The notes beneath the pieces are model-generated. The model made no database searches. It saw only the letters and a list, made by a program, of their open reading frames with translations, and was not told where the DNA came from. Positions 1 to 8,266 of a DNA stretch of 64,000 nt are shown in pieces. The position numbers and the translations under genes are program-made. Source of the DNA: a phage. The stretch lies in the NCBI GenBank assembly GCA_029366385.1, contig GCA_029366385.1_4540.1, one strand, 5' to 3'. The stretch's first letter is position 1. Each line of letters starts with the position of its first letter.

Positions 1-160
1 AAAAAAACTTTAAATACTGTGGGCGCGCAAAATTTTTAAAATTTTCCTTGACTTTTGAGTTTTGTTTTGTATCTAACATTTTAAGATAATTTTCCTAAAC
101 TTTAAATTTTGGTTTTCAACTTTCACTTTTGTAAATTCTTAAAAAGTTTAAATAATTTGA

Positions 161-199
161 GGGATTTTTGAGATAATAGGTAGTGGGAATTTGAGATAA
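161..199. repeat. Imperfect direct repeat GGGA(T/A)TTTGAGATAA x2 (10-bp core TTTGAGATAA at 167-176 and 190-199) in AT-rich non-coding end region
   Basis: Two copies 23 bp apart; further TTTGAG copies at about 54-59 and 156-161; no ORF of 60 aa or more in 1-377. Confidence 0.4.
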
Positions 200-296
200 C
201 CTTTAATCTTATTGGTAAACCTTCAGGAACCCACCTAGATCGAATCCTAGTGATGCAAACTGAAAAAGACAAGGGTTTGTATAGGACAAAATAACA

Positions 297-330
297 GGCT
301 CTCTACGGTGCTGTAGGAGCCTTATTTCTG
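297..330. terminator. Putative bidirectional rho-independent terminator
   Basis: Stem GGCTC(t)CTAC / GTAGGAGCC with 6-nt loop; followed by TTATTTCT on + strand and by a T-rich run on - strand; lies 50 bp past the stop of the leftward gene 378-920. Confidence 0.4.
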
Positions 331-377
331 TGCTACAAAGTGACGCCTTTGTTCTAAAAATGAAAAAAGTTAAAATA

Positions 378-920
378 TCACAAATATCGTCTTTGCGGTA
401 TTTTGTCTGGGAAAAGTATTTCGATCAGTTTATTATGATATTTGCCTAAAAGATTCTGCCCTTTCCAGGTAGCAGGGTTTAGCACCCCTGGTTCATACAT
501 CCCCATTCCAATTCCGTAAACCTTATCGTAGGGGCTTGCTTCAACAAACGTTTTGTATTGGTAAAGGTGTAAGTCTGCATACAAATCTGGATTCTGTACA
601 TATTTCAAGCATAAACCTCGCATAACAATACGCTCACGGTTCTCTTCCCATACATTGTTATCAAAATCCGACACTGCCCTACCCATACGTTTGTAATAAG
701 CTTGGATCTTCTCATCTTTCCGTATCAAACTATGAGTCAGAATAGCCTGTGCAGTGTTGTGATCATTAAAAAGCAAAGCTTTACGCCACATCATGTATTG
801 TTCGACACAATTAAATGTCTGATTGTAACCTGGTTCGGTTTCTGTAAAGGGTGCAATATACCAATTACTAAACACATCTTTATGTGAAAAGAAGAATACA
901 TATTCATCAGTTATTCGCAT
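378..920 (-). CDS. NADAR-domain protein (YbiA-like N-glycosidase / ADP-ribose-processing fold)
   Basis: 180 aa; motifs FFFSHKDVFSNWY..APF, CVEQYMMWRKALLF, W..NRERIVMRGL..KYVQNP, ASPYDKVYGIG align with E. coli YbiA-type NADAR domain by eye. Confidence 0.75.
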   Translation of the reverse strand: MRITDEYVFFFSHKDVFSNWYIAPFTETEPGYNQTFNCVEQYMMWRKALLFNDHNTAQAILTHSLIRKDEKIQAYYKRMGRAVSDFDNNVWEENRERIVMRGLCLKYVQNPDLYADLHLYQYKTFVEASPYDKVYGIGMGMYEPGVLNPATWKGQNLLGKYHNKLIEILFPDKIPQRRYL

Positions 921-1095
921 TTTTCATACTCTCCAAAATTTCACGTTGCCCTTGCTGATAGGCTTTCATCAGAACTACTTTAAGGTTTGTCTCCAAGAGG
1001 TCTTCATTGTAATTATACCGCTCCACAACATATGTCAATTCATCATAAAGATCAAGAACGGGGTAGAATACAGGGTTATCTGCTAAACGTGCCAT
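907..1095 (-). CDS. Hypothetical protein
   Basis: Track ORF 907-1131; start moved to internal ATG (1095) preceded by AAGGAG at 5 nt spacing; stop overlaps start of 378-920. Confidence 0.45.
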   Translation of the reverse strand: MARLADNPVFYPVLDLYDELTYVVERYNYNEDLLETNLKVVLMKAYQQGQREILESMKNANN

Positions 1096-1108
1096 AGTTT
1101 CTCCTTTG

Positions 1109-1474
1109 TTAATCCATCCACCAGTAGCCATAAACTGCGTCTGCGTCGATGAGTTTGTGTTTGTTGTTCCGCATGTAGTCTAAGATAAGTAGACGTTTAT
1201 TGTATCTGGAGAGATTATGACCCTCTTTTCCGCCATAGTCAAAATATTTTGCAAGATCTTTACACTCAAACAAAATCAGTTCGGGAGTTTCTTCGCACTG
1301 GTCTGTCTGGTACACTTGACGAATGATCATGTATACATCGTCGTCTTCCGCTAAATGCTCTACTGGTCCACATCCAGCAGGAACAAATTCATAGTCCCAT
1401 CGGATCAGATGTTTCTCTACTGCTTCAAAGAAGTCCATTCTTTCGTTGCGCATAATTTGAACGTCAACTAACAT
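1109..1474 (-). CDS. Hypothetical protein
   Basis: 121-aa ORF; start overlaps stop of upstream gene (translational coupling). Confidence 0.5.
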   Translation of the reverse strand: MLVDVQIMRNERMDFFEAVEKHLIRWDYEFVPAGCGPVEHLAEDDDVYMIIRQVYQTDQCEETPELILFECKDLAKYFDYGGKEGHNLSRYNKRLLILDYMRNNKHKLIDADAVYGYWWMD

Positions 1475-2676
1475 GTTTCCTCCTGTAATGTTCCACCATA
1501 AAGTTTATAAATATTTTGTATTGATGCCATGCAAGATAACTCCACTGTCTCTGTGTAGCCATCTGGCATAGAATATTTGCTCACTGCTTCCGTGTGAAGG
1601 ACACGCTTACAACGCTTTTCTGCATCTTTGCATTGCTTCACAGTAGGGAAGTGCCACACTTGGCTCTGTTTCATAGTAAACACATTACGACTATTTTGTT
1701 CTTTGATACGGCGATTACTATTATTAGCAATACCAAACTTCAGTGCACAGATAATATCTTGCTCATCGTAAATATAATTAATGTAGGCTTGTTGTTGATT
1801 CATACCTGCACAACCAGGGCAACCACACCCCTTATTTAACCAATTGTTAGCACTACACACATGTTTCCCATGATCCTTGCAACCATATTCAAAATCCCCA
1901 AGTATAGAAGCTTTCCCGATCCACCCCAACCACACGTACCCTCTACGTTCTACGTCACTTTTTGCTCTAAATGTCATCTCTTCTTCAGAATATTTGTAAC
2001 TGGCAGAACAACGACAAGGGCGCATACCCTGTTTTAATGAACTACCTCTACCGATAAAATATCCCGTTCCTACCCCAGCTTTGGAAAACTCATCTATAGC
2101 ACAGATAGGGCAAAATACACTCCAAAGTATTTCGCTCCTCCCAGCTTTTTCCCCTGTATTAGTGAAGGTAGTGCCTTCGGGAAACACACCCGTACTCATG
2201 AAATCTTGTATGTGCTGATCGTCTGAAAGCTTATTGTGTTTACCTATATCCTCTAAACGACAAACTGGACAACCTTGTTTATTATTCTTAAAGTTGTCTA
2301 TGGTAGATGTGTTAAACTCGTGACCCCTATCACAACGTAAGATTACTCGTGTCTTTTTAGCTTTCAGCCATTCTCCGTAGATACCCAAGAAGCGCCAACC
2401 TCTTTTTAACGCTTCTTCTTCACACTCTTTCTCTTGGTCCTCTCTGCTCTTCGTTCTCTTCTCCCTTTTTGTTAATTCACCACAAGAAGGGCAAGACTTC
2501 CCACTTTTAAAGTTAGATATTTTACAAGTATCCCATACACCGTGCACAGGACATTCTATCAGGAGTTTAGTCTCACACCCTTTCCATTCTTTATGGCCTA
2601 AAATTTTATATCCTTTAGAGAGAGCTATGATCTCGCATTCTGCTTTATATTCTTCCCAACTTTTAGCTTTACTCAT
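1468..2676 (-). CDS. Cysteine-rich protein with three tandem zinc-ribbon-like repeats
   Basis: 402 aa; three copies of a roughly 55-aa module ending C-x2-HG-x5-7-I-x-NF-x3-K-x-GCP-x-C (ECPVHG..NFKSGKSCPSCG; RCDRGHEF..NFKNNKQGCPVC; CKDHGKHV..WLNKGCGCPGC). Confidence 0.6.
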   Translation of the reverse strand: MSKAKSWEEYKAECEIIALSKGYKILGHKEWKGCETKLLIECPVHGVWDTCKISNFKSGKSCPSCGELTKREKRTKSREDQEKECEEEALKRGWRFLGIYGEWLKAKKTRVILRCDRGHEFNTSTIDNFKNNKQGCPVCRLEDIGKHNKLSDDQHIQDFMSTGVFPEGTTFTNTGEKAGRSEILWSVFCPICAIDEFSKAGVGTGYFIGRGSSLKQGMRPCRCSASYKYSEEEMTFRAKSDVERRGYVWLGWIGKASILGDFEYGCKDHGKHVCSANNWLNKGCGCPGCAGMNQQQAYINYIYDEQDIICALKFGIANNSNRRIKEQNSRNVFTMKQSQVWHFPTVKQCKDAEKRCKRVLHTEAVSKYSMPDGYTETVELSCMASIQNIYKLYGGTLQEETC

Positions 2677-2694
2677 GATTTCATCCTATAAGAA

Positions 2695-2712
2695 ATGCCC
2701 CTTGCGGGGCAT
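2695..2712 (-). terminator. Putative terminator/attenuator hairpin
   Basis: Perfect 7-bp stem ATGCCCC / GGGGCAT with loop TTGC; on - strand followed by TTTCTTATAGG; sits between stop of 2718-3857 and RBS of 1468-2676. Confidence 0.45.
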
Positions 2713-2717
2713 CTTTA

Positions 2718-3857
2718 TTAGAACACGCTACCCAGTGTGGTGGAACGTTGTGTTACAGGTTCCAGCACCACTCGCAGAGTGTTTCCTGGTGTAGTGCTCA
2801 TAACCAGAATCTTACCACCTTCAATCAGATCACAAGTTAGACCATCAGCCGTTGCACATAGATCAATATGTGGATCACCATCTTCATCCAGGATAACATA
2901 ACTGTTGGTTTCCATTGCTTCCACTTCATCATCTTTCAAACTTTGTAGATAGATGTTCAGGGAACAAGCACCCGACAAAAACTTAGTAGGGGTGAAGTCG
3001 TGCCAGTTATTGATCCAATTCACCTTCAAGGTTTTGCCATTAGCTACGATAGAAGCCACATTCCATTTAGCATCGTTCCCTAAAGAAATACCCATCATTT
3101 CAAGACATTCTTTAAAAGTCATTTTTGGATAGAAATTCAATTCTTCTACAATGCCTTGAATAACATCGAAAGACAACTCTGTGCTAACATCCCATAAACG
3201 TTGGAAGTTATCTACGTGCTTTTTATTTACCAAGTTCTTATCCAAGTAATCTAACATAGTTTCACTAGACAGTTTATCGTAATTGAAACTGTAGTAGATA
3301 CGACTAGGACGGTTTACAAAATATTCCGAGATATAGCCACTATTTTTAGTAAGGATGTAAAGTTTATTTCCACTTCCTGTTCCATCCAACAAGGTCAACA
3401 GTGCTTCCTGATCTTCTTTCTTAGCGTACACTTTATCAAACTCGTCAAATAAAACAACAGCACGATCTGTAATTTTACTCATAAATTCTAAGAATCCAGC
3501 ATCTGTGTAAGGCTGTGTCACCAAAATGGTTGGAATACCTAAACCTTCTGTGGACATTAGGGACATGCTAATCAGTTTAGCTAACATCGTCTTACCACTG
3601 CCCTTTGTCCCTGTCAGTAACACCCCAGTATTTTTACCTTCTTTACTACGACGAGCAAATGTTTTAATAACATGTGCGGCGCGGTCTTTAGTTTCCCCAT
3701 AAAGAGTGTTCGGAAGAGAGAAACTTTCACCACGCACTAAAGAGTAGTTACCGTGCGGATCGCAGTTGACAACCCAAACTCCAGCAGGAAGTTTATTAGC
3801 TTCAACGCCATATTCCTTATTTACAACAGCTACATCTCCAAAAATAGTGTATTTCAT
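2718..3857 (-). CDS. AAA+ family ATPase
   Basis: 379 aa; Walker A GTKGSGKTMLAK, Walker B VVLFDEFDK. Confidence 0.65.
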   Translation of the reverse strand: MKYTIFGDVAVVNKEYGVEANKLPAGVWVVNCDPHGNYSLVRGESFSLPNTLYGETKDRAAHVIKTFARRSKEGKNTGVLLTGTKGSGKTMLAKLISMSLMSTEGLGIPTILVTQPYTDAGFLEFMSKITDRAVVLFDEFDKVYAKKEDQEALLTLLDGTGSGNKLYILTKNSGYISEYFVNRPSRIYYSFNYDKLSSETMLDYLDKNLVNKKHVDNFQRLWDVSTELSFDVIQGIVEELNFYPKMTFKECLEMMGISLGNDAKWNVASIVANGKTLKVNWINNWHDFTPTKFLSGACSLNIYLQSLKDDEVEAMETNSYVILDEDGDPHIDLCATADGLTCDLIEGGKILVMSTTPGNTLRVVLEPVTQRSTTLGSVF

Positions 3858-4213
3858 TAGAACGTTTCTCCTTTTAAAATAATTACTGTAAACTTTGCAG
3901 TTTTTTCACTCTTAATATTCTTGACTAATAAGTATTCTCCTCCAGGGGCATCTTTGTATTGTTTAATAGCTACTATTTCATTTTTGCAAGTAGCTATAAT
4001 CGAATAAAAAGGACGTTCCGTGTTATCTTCTTTTCCTGTATATGCCTCAATATCTTTACACTCTTCTAGAACACCATTTCCAGGTGTATAGTAAAACTTG
4101 TTGCCTGTGATCACAACATCTTTACCAATATCTGTTTTAACTGCTACAAACTTTTGAGCGTAAGTGGTGAAGCTTACGGTAGCCAGCAATGTGGCTAAGA
4201 TTAGTTTTTTCAT
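3857..4213 (-). CDS. Secreted/periplasmic protein (signal peptide)
   Basis: Track ORF 3857-4243; start moved to ATG at 4213 preceded by AGGAGGG; N-terminus MKKLILATLLATVSFTTYAQ is a typical Sec signal peptide. Confidence 0.5.
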   Translation of the reverse strand: MKKLILATLLATVSFTTYAQKFVAVKTDIGKDVVITGNKFYYTPGNGVLEECKDIEAYTGKEDNTERPFYSIIATCKNEIVAIKQYKDAPGGEYLLVKNIKSEKTAKFTVIILKGETF

Positions 4214-4224
4214 AAACTTCCCTC

Positions 4225-4389
4225 CTATTCCCACAACATACAAATCGCAGCGACAAACATATTAGCAATAGCCGCACCAAGAACTATAAACATCGCCAAT
4301 TCAGAACAATATTCACCAACCAAAGGGGATACTATTGCACAAAGTAGTCCCAATGTCAAACACAAGTTGATGATGAAGTTTAAAATCAT
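4225..4389 (-). CDS. Small hydrophobic protein (54 aa)
   Basis: Unlisted short ORF MILNFIINLCLTLGLLCAIVSPLVGEYCSELAMFIVLGAAIANMFVAAICMLWE; AAGGAG 5 nt upstream; fills the gap between flanking genes. Confidence 0.3.
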   Translation of the reverse strand: MILNFIINLCLTLGLLCAIVSPLVGEYCSELAMFIVLGAAIANMFVAAICMLWE

Positions 4390-4416
4390 ATTCTCTCCTT
4401 ACAACCAACCCTTTGC

Positions 4417-4563
4417 CTAGTAGCCTTTAGAAAATCCATCTTCCCATTCTTCGAATTCCTTTTTGTGTGTCATTGGACAGTATGGATTTACTTTATTAAA
4501 CATACCAAACTTGAACCCTGCGGTATACCCTTTCTTAAAAGCTATTGATTCTAAAGAGATCAT
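4417..4563 (-). CDS. Small protein (48 aa)
   Basis: Unlisted short ORF; GAGGAG 7 nt upstream of ATG; directly follows stop of 4577-4828. Confidence 0.35.
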   Translation of the reverse strand: MISLESIAFKKGYTAGFKFGMFNKVNPYCPMTHKKEFEEWEDGFSKGY

Positions 4564-4576
4564 ATTCTTTCTCCTC

Positions 4577-4828
4577 TTAGAACTCGACAATGATTTTGTC
4601 TAAGTGTTCTGCTTCAACTTGGGATAATGTTAACACCTGCACCAAACCTCTGTCAATACCAATTTTAATGACTTGCAAATAATCACCAAAAAGATCTGAT
4701 AAAGAAATAGCATGTTCCGTAACTACAATAACTTCATTACCTTTAGTGTATTCTTTCCACACCCGACCACATTTATAAATGTAATCTTTTTGATCTTCAG
4801 TAATCATTTTAGGTTTGATACTTAACAT
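4577..4828 (-). CDS. Hypothetical protein
   Basis: 83-aa ORF, start overlaps stop of upstream gene. Confidence 0.5.
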   Translation of the reverse strand: MLSIKPKMITEDQKDYIYKCGRVWKEYTKGNEVIVVTEHAISLSDLFGDYLQVIKIGIDRGLVQVLTLSQVEAEHLDKIIVEF

Positions 4829-5166
4829 TACATACTCCCGTATTCTGGTTCAATATTATGTTTACGACAAATGGTATCCCAACGTTCATTACCAAAACTT
4901 CTTCCATGTAGAGCGTTAAATGCGAAATGCTCTGCCAACCACAATACTACATCATCAGGATCTGTGTCAAGAGGAATTCTAAACTCTCGATCATAACGCA
5001 TACGCAGAATAAAATCCTTATCATCTTCAAGGAGATACATGTGACTTTTAGCCCGTGATGCCAAATCAAAGAAAGGAGGCTCATCTTTCCAAACGTGACG
5101 CTCAACTTCAACACCATGATCTACTACCAGAGTAGCGATCACCTCTCTCATTTCTTTACTAAACAT
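4828..5166 (-). CDS. Hypothetical protein
   Basis: Track ORF 4828-5193; start moved to ATG at 5166 preceded by GGAGGT. Confidence 0.5.
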   Translation of the reverse strand: MFSKEMREVIATLVVDHGVEVERHVWKDEPPFFDLASRAKSHMYLLEDDKDFILRMRYDREFRIPLDTDPDDVVLWLAEHFAFNALHGRSFGNERWDTICRKHNIEPEYGSM

Positions 5167-5176
5167 ATTACCTCCA

Positions 5177-5365
5177 TTAACCAATGAGTTCAACTGCTTT
5201 GCAGATGTAGATCCAAACCGGAGTGAGCATAAGAGCTATACCGAATGCACAATTCCACTTAATTCCCATTTCCTCTATTAGAGACATGATTAAGCCAACA
5301 GCACTAATAATCAGATAGATCCCTAAGAAAGCCATTGTGAAGAATTCAGACATATTTAGCTCCAA
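5177..5365 (-). CDS. Small membrane protein (two hydrophobic segments)
   Basis: 62-aa ORF with FLGIYLIISAVGLIMSLI and FGIALMLTPVWIYIC segments. Confidence 0.45.
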   Translation of the reverse strand: MELNMSEFFTMAFLGIYLIISAVGLIMSLIEEMGIKWNCAFGIALMLTPVWIYICKAVELIG

Positions 5366-5712
5366 AGATTATCAAAATAACTAGCGAATAAAAGACGGCC
5401 CTCTAACCGTGCCTTCCTTTGATCTTCAGCATACACGATTTCTGGATTACCACTATCAATAAAAGCATTCTCCATCTTTTCTAAAATATTTAACCACTCT
5501 CTTCTACCTGTCTCCTCTTCTTCATCTGTATACGGCGCACTTCTATTTGGATACAAAACACGCATCAGTTTAGTGGGGATCATGACAAACGTGCTATTGT
5601 TTGCCTTCTCACGGAAGGCTTTAATTCCTGCATAGATTACCTTCCCCAAAGCTGCATCCAAATCCATCAGGTCACTTTCTTCTATTTGAATTTCATCGTG
5701 TACAATTTTCAT
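5356..5712 (-). CDS. Hypothetical protein
   Basis: 118-aa ORF in co-directional overlapping series. Confidence 0.5.
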   Translation of the reverse strand: MKIVHDEIQIEESDLMDLDAALGKVIYAGIKAFREKANNSTFVMIPTKLMRVLYPNRSAPYTDEEEETGRREWLNILEKMENAFIDSGNPEIVYAEDQRKARLEGRLLFASYFDNLWS

Positions 5713-5996
5713 CGTGCCTTCTCCCGATCTGCGTCCAATTTCAACAAGAAGGTTGCATACTCTTCTGAGCCTTGATGCAAGAACATACGATAAGAACTTA
5801 CCAGTTTCTTGGTCGTTGTATAACGTTCCATTTCCCCAACAACACCTCCACCCAGGGTGTAGAGCACAACACCCTCAAACCCAACATGAGTTACTACTTC
5901 AACCAAGTCTGTGTTATCCCAATGGTAGTTAGGTGACACAATAAGATCGCCAACTGCCAGTTTAATGTTTGCTACTTCATTTTGTGAATAATACAT
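5709..5996 (-). CDS. Hypothetical protein
   Basis: 95-aa ORF; ATGA start/stop overlap with downstream gene. Confidence 0.5.
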   Translation of the reverse strand: MYYSQNEVANIKLAVGDLIVSPNYHWDNTDLVEVVTHVGFEGVVLYTLGGGVVGEMERYTTTKKLVSSYRMFLHQGSEEYATFLLKLDADREKAR

Positions 5997-6008
5997 TTGG
6001 TTCTCCTC

Positions 6009-6302
6009 TCACATTAAGACACGTTTTGTATCGATGGGTGCATTATCAAACATGTTAAGAACATTGTCAAGCAGTTTTACTAATTCATTTGTAATTTGTT
6101 CTTTTGAACGGGAGGAAGTGAGCACTTTGCTTTCACCAACGATATGCATAACTTTTATAGGAGCATCTAAAATAATGTTGTGCTGACGATCCTCTTCAAA
6201 AGAAGCCAACCATTTCTCGTTGTTACCGTGTAAGGCTACAATGACACCAAAACCGTTAATTGTCTCAGAAATATTCTTAGTTGCTAAAGTAATGTTCATC
6301 AT
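6009..6302 (-). CDS. Hypothetical protein
   Basis: 97-aa ORF; first gene of leftward block, RBS-like AGAGAGG upstream. Confidence 0.5.
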   Translation of the reverse strand: MMNITLATKNISETINGFGVIVALHGNNEKWLASFEEDRQHNIILDAPIKVMHIVGESKVLTSSRSKEQITNELVKLLDNVLNMFDNAPIDTKRVLM

Positions 6303-6327
6303 CTACCTCTCTTGTTAATGTTCATAT

Positions 6328-6355
6328 ATGATACCTGAAAATAATTTCAGATCAA
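6328..6355 (-). promoter_or_regulatory. Putative sigma70-like promoter for leftward block (TTGATC-N16-TATCAT on - strand)
   Basis: Reverse complement of 6328-6355 gives TTGATC, 16-nt spacer, TATCAT; located in divergent intergenic region. Confidence 0.3.
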
Positions 6356-6358
6356 GTA

Positions 6359-6386
6359 TTGACATGCTTTTTAGTCCTGTTAAGAT
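6359..6386 (+). promoter_or_regulatory. Putative sigma70-like promoter TTGACA-N16-TAAGAT for rightward block
   Basis: TTGACA 6359-6364, TAAGAT 6381-6386; 30 nt upstream of RBS AAGAGGAGA and ATG 6417. Confidence 0.45.
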
Positions 6387-6416
6387 CAACTCATACAAAA
6401 CAAGAGGAGAAAACAA

Positions 6417-6851
6417 ATGCAAAACATCAAACTGACTTGGACCGAAGCTAAAGAAGCAATGAAGGAAGGTAGACGTGTTGAGCACAGTTATTTTTGCGGT
6501 GGTGAATGGTTTGAGATGCGAGATGGTGTTATTCTCGACGAACAAGGTTATAACATGGAAACTTGGTTCAGAGGGGAAGCTTGGCAGGAAGAGGGTTGGT
6601 CTGTAATTGAAAAAGAAGACAGTAAGGAAGAAGGCGTGTTGTCTAATGTAGAACGCAAGATGAGGGAAACAAAGATACCTGCTTTGGATTTTGTATACCT
6701 GGAAGAACTTGTGGCAGCATCTTTTGTAGCAGGAAATCTTTGGAATACACCTGTTAGCCGACTGGAGAACCAAAATAACCCATCTGCTCGTAATCACAAG
6801 CTTTATAAGGGTAAAGGTCACAACAAATTAAAGAAAGGAAAGAAGAAATGA
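6417..6851 (+). CDS. Hypothetical protein, possible DUF2829-like N-terminal region
   Basis: 144 aa; strong RBS; pattern W-TEAKEAMKEGRRV ... W..EEGWSVIE recalls DUF2829; Lys-rich C-tail; antisense track ORF 6315-6821 judged spurious. Confidence 0.5.
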   Translation: MQNIKLTWTEAKEAMKEGRRVEHSYFCGGEWFEMRDGVILDEQGYNMETWFRGEAWQEEGWSVIEKEDSKEEGVLSNVERKMRETKIPALDFVYLEELVAASFVAGNLWNTPVSRLENQNNPSARNHKLYKGKGHNKLKKGKKK

Positions 6852-6994
6852 TCTACAAAAACAAGTTCACTGGTTGTCTCCGTAAATTTATCGATAAGAA
6901 AGGGTATGTTTCTCTTGACAACGGGGTTACATGGACAGAGAATGGCACTTCAGAACAGCTGATCAAAGCTTTGCCTTACTACGAGGAGGTTTAA
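6848..6994 (+). CDS. Small protein (48 aa)
   Basis: Unlisted ORF MIYKNKFTGCLRKFIDKKGYVSLDNGVTWTENGTSEQLIKALPYYEEV; ATGA overlap with upstream stop, stop abuts next ATG. Confidence 0.35.
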   Translation: MIYKNKFTGCLRKFIDKKGYVSLDNGVTWTENGTSEQLIKALPYYEEV

Positions 6995-7318
6995 ATGTCA
7001 AACAGTTTGTTTAGCGTGTCAATTGCACCACGTGTCAACATCCGTTGTCAGTTTGTTACTTTACCTGGTGTAACGCATATCACATTAGAATACGATCCTC
7101 GCTCACGAGACAACCCAATCACAGGGAAAATTGATTGTGCTTATGGAGACTTTGTTATGGATCACCAAACCCTCTTATGCTGTGTGCAACGCTTACAGGC
7201 AGGATCTTTATACATCTTTAAGAAAACAGTGTTCCAAGAGATTGCTCAAGCAGTTGAAAGCGGTATGGAGACTCTTAACGTTATGATTGAAGCAGCCAAC
7301 CAGAAGGAGGTTTTATGA
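6995..7318 (+). CDS. Hypothetical protein
   Basis: 107-aa ORF, GAGGAGG RBS. Confidence 0.5.
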   Translation: MSNSLFSVSIAPRVNIRCQFVTLPGVTHITLEYDPRSRDNPITGKIDCAYGDFVMDHQTLLCCVQRLQAGSLYIFKKTVFQEIAQAVESGMETLNVMIEAANQKEVL

Positions 7319-7572
7319 CACTTTATCACGTAACCACTGAAGGCGATACCGAAGGTCGTACTACGAAAGATTTAGGGTATGTTGAAGCAGATTCCCCTGA
7401 ACACGCAATTAAGTATTTGCATTCCATCGGTAAATATGCGACTTATGAATATACTATCTACAAGGTTGAAGTTAGCCCTATACAAGTGGCAACTCCTATG
7501 GTAGAGTTGAAACATCTTAAGGCAAAAGTAAGACCTGGTATAGTGTCCGATTACAAAGGGGAAGTAAAGTGA
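7315..7572 (+). CDS. Hypothetical protein
   Basis: 85-aa ORF, overlapping start/stop. Confidence 0.5.
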   Translation: MTLYHVTTEGDTEGRTTKDLGYVEADSPEHAIKYLHSIGKYATYEYTIYKVEVSPIQVATPMVELKHLKAKVRPGIVSDYKGEVK

Positions 7573-7781
7573 GTGGATGGATTAAAGTATCTGGTACCGA
7601 GGATGTTCCTATCGGAGAGTGGCTTGTAATCATGGCAAACGGCAAGAAGGGATTCTGTGAAGTTAACAAAACACGCAATGGCACGATAGCTGTTATCAAT
7701 GGTCATTTTTATTTTGACTTGGCACCTGTGATCGCATACCATGCACTACCAACATATGAAGAGGAGATTAACAATGGCTAA
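7569..7781 (+). CDS. Hypothetical protein
   Basis: 70-aa ORF. Confidence 0.45.
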   Translation: MSGWIKVSGTEDVPIGEWLVIMANGKKGFCEVNKTRNGTIAVINGHFYFDLAPVIAYHALPTYEEEINNG

Positions 7782-8097
7782 CAAAGAACCACATGTATAC
7801 ACTGCACTGGTAAAGCACTTGAACAAAGAACGTAACAAGATCATTGCAGATTATCGTAAATTTAAACGTAGTAGTCTAAATCGTAAATACATGCCACATG
7901 CAGCTTTTGACGCTACACGTGCAGTGTTTCGTGCAAAGATTGCAGAAATGGATAATCTGCTTAAGCTTGCACGATTATCTATTCAGGCATCCAAAGTAAC
8001 AGGAGTCACTCACTTCTTTGACTTCGATACTAAAGCACTATATGCACCAGAAGCAGGTGAACAATTGATTTATCTACTTACCAAAAATAAGTGTTGA
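7774..8097 (+). CDS. Hypothetical protein
   Basis: Track ORF 7741-8097; start moved to ATG 7774 after GAGGAG; overlaps upstream stop (ATGGCTAA). Confidence 0.5.
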   Translation: MANKEPHVYTALVKHLNKERNKIIADYRKFKRSSLNRKYMPHAAFDATRAVFRAKIAEMDNLLKLARLSIQASKVTGVTHFFDFDTKALYAPEAGEQLIYLLTKNKC

Positions 8098-8266
8098 CTT
8101 TTTTCAAAAAATATGCTACCCTAACCCCGAAGGGTCGAGCGATAGCGAGTATAGATTATGTAATAGATTAATCTCTATCGTTAGATGTTCGAAGAACAGA
8201 GAGTTAAGTACTTGTTCTTATCGGTAGATGATCGTAAGATCAAGAACAATAATAGGAGAGTGTGTT

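Noticed and set aside
225-260. tRNA-like T-loop resemblance (AGATCGAATCCTAG)
   Set aside because: No complementary T-stem, acceptor stem or anticodon arm could be built on either strand.
6315-6821. 168-aa ORF on the minus strand
   Set aside because: Low-complexity translation, antisense to the RBS-supported rightward gene 6417-6851, and it crosses the divergent promoter region.
8093-8125. Promoter TTGACT followed by TACCCT or TATGCT
   Set aside because: The -10 candidates are weak or mis-spaced; the conserved upstream element is recorded in a finding but no promoter feature is called here.
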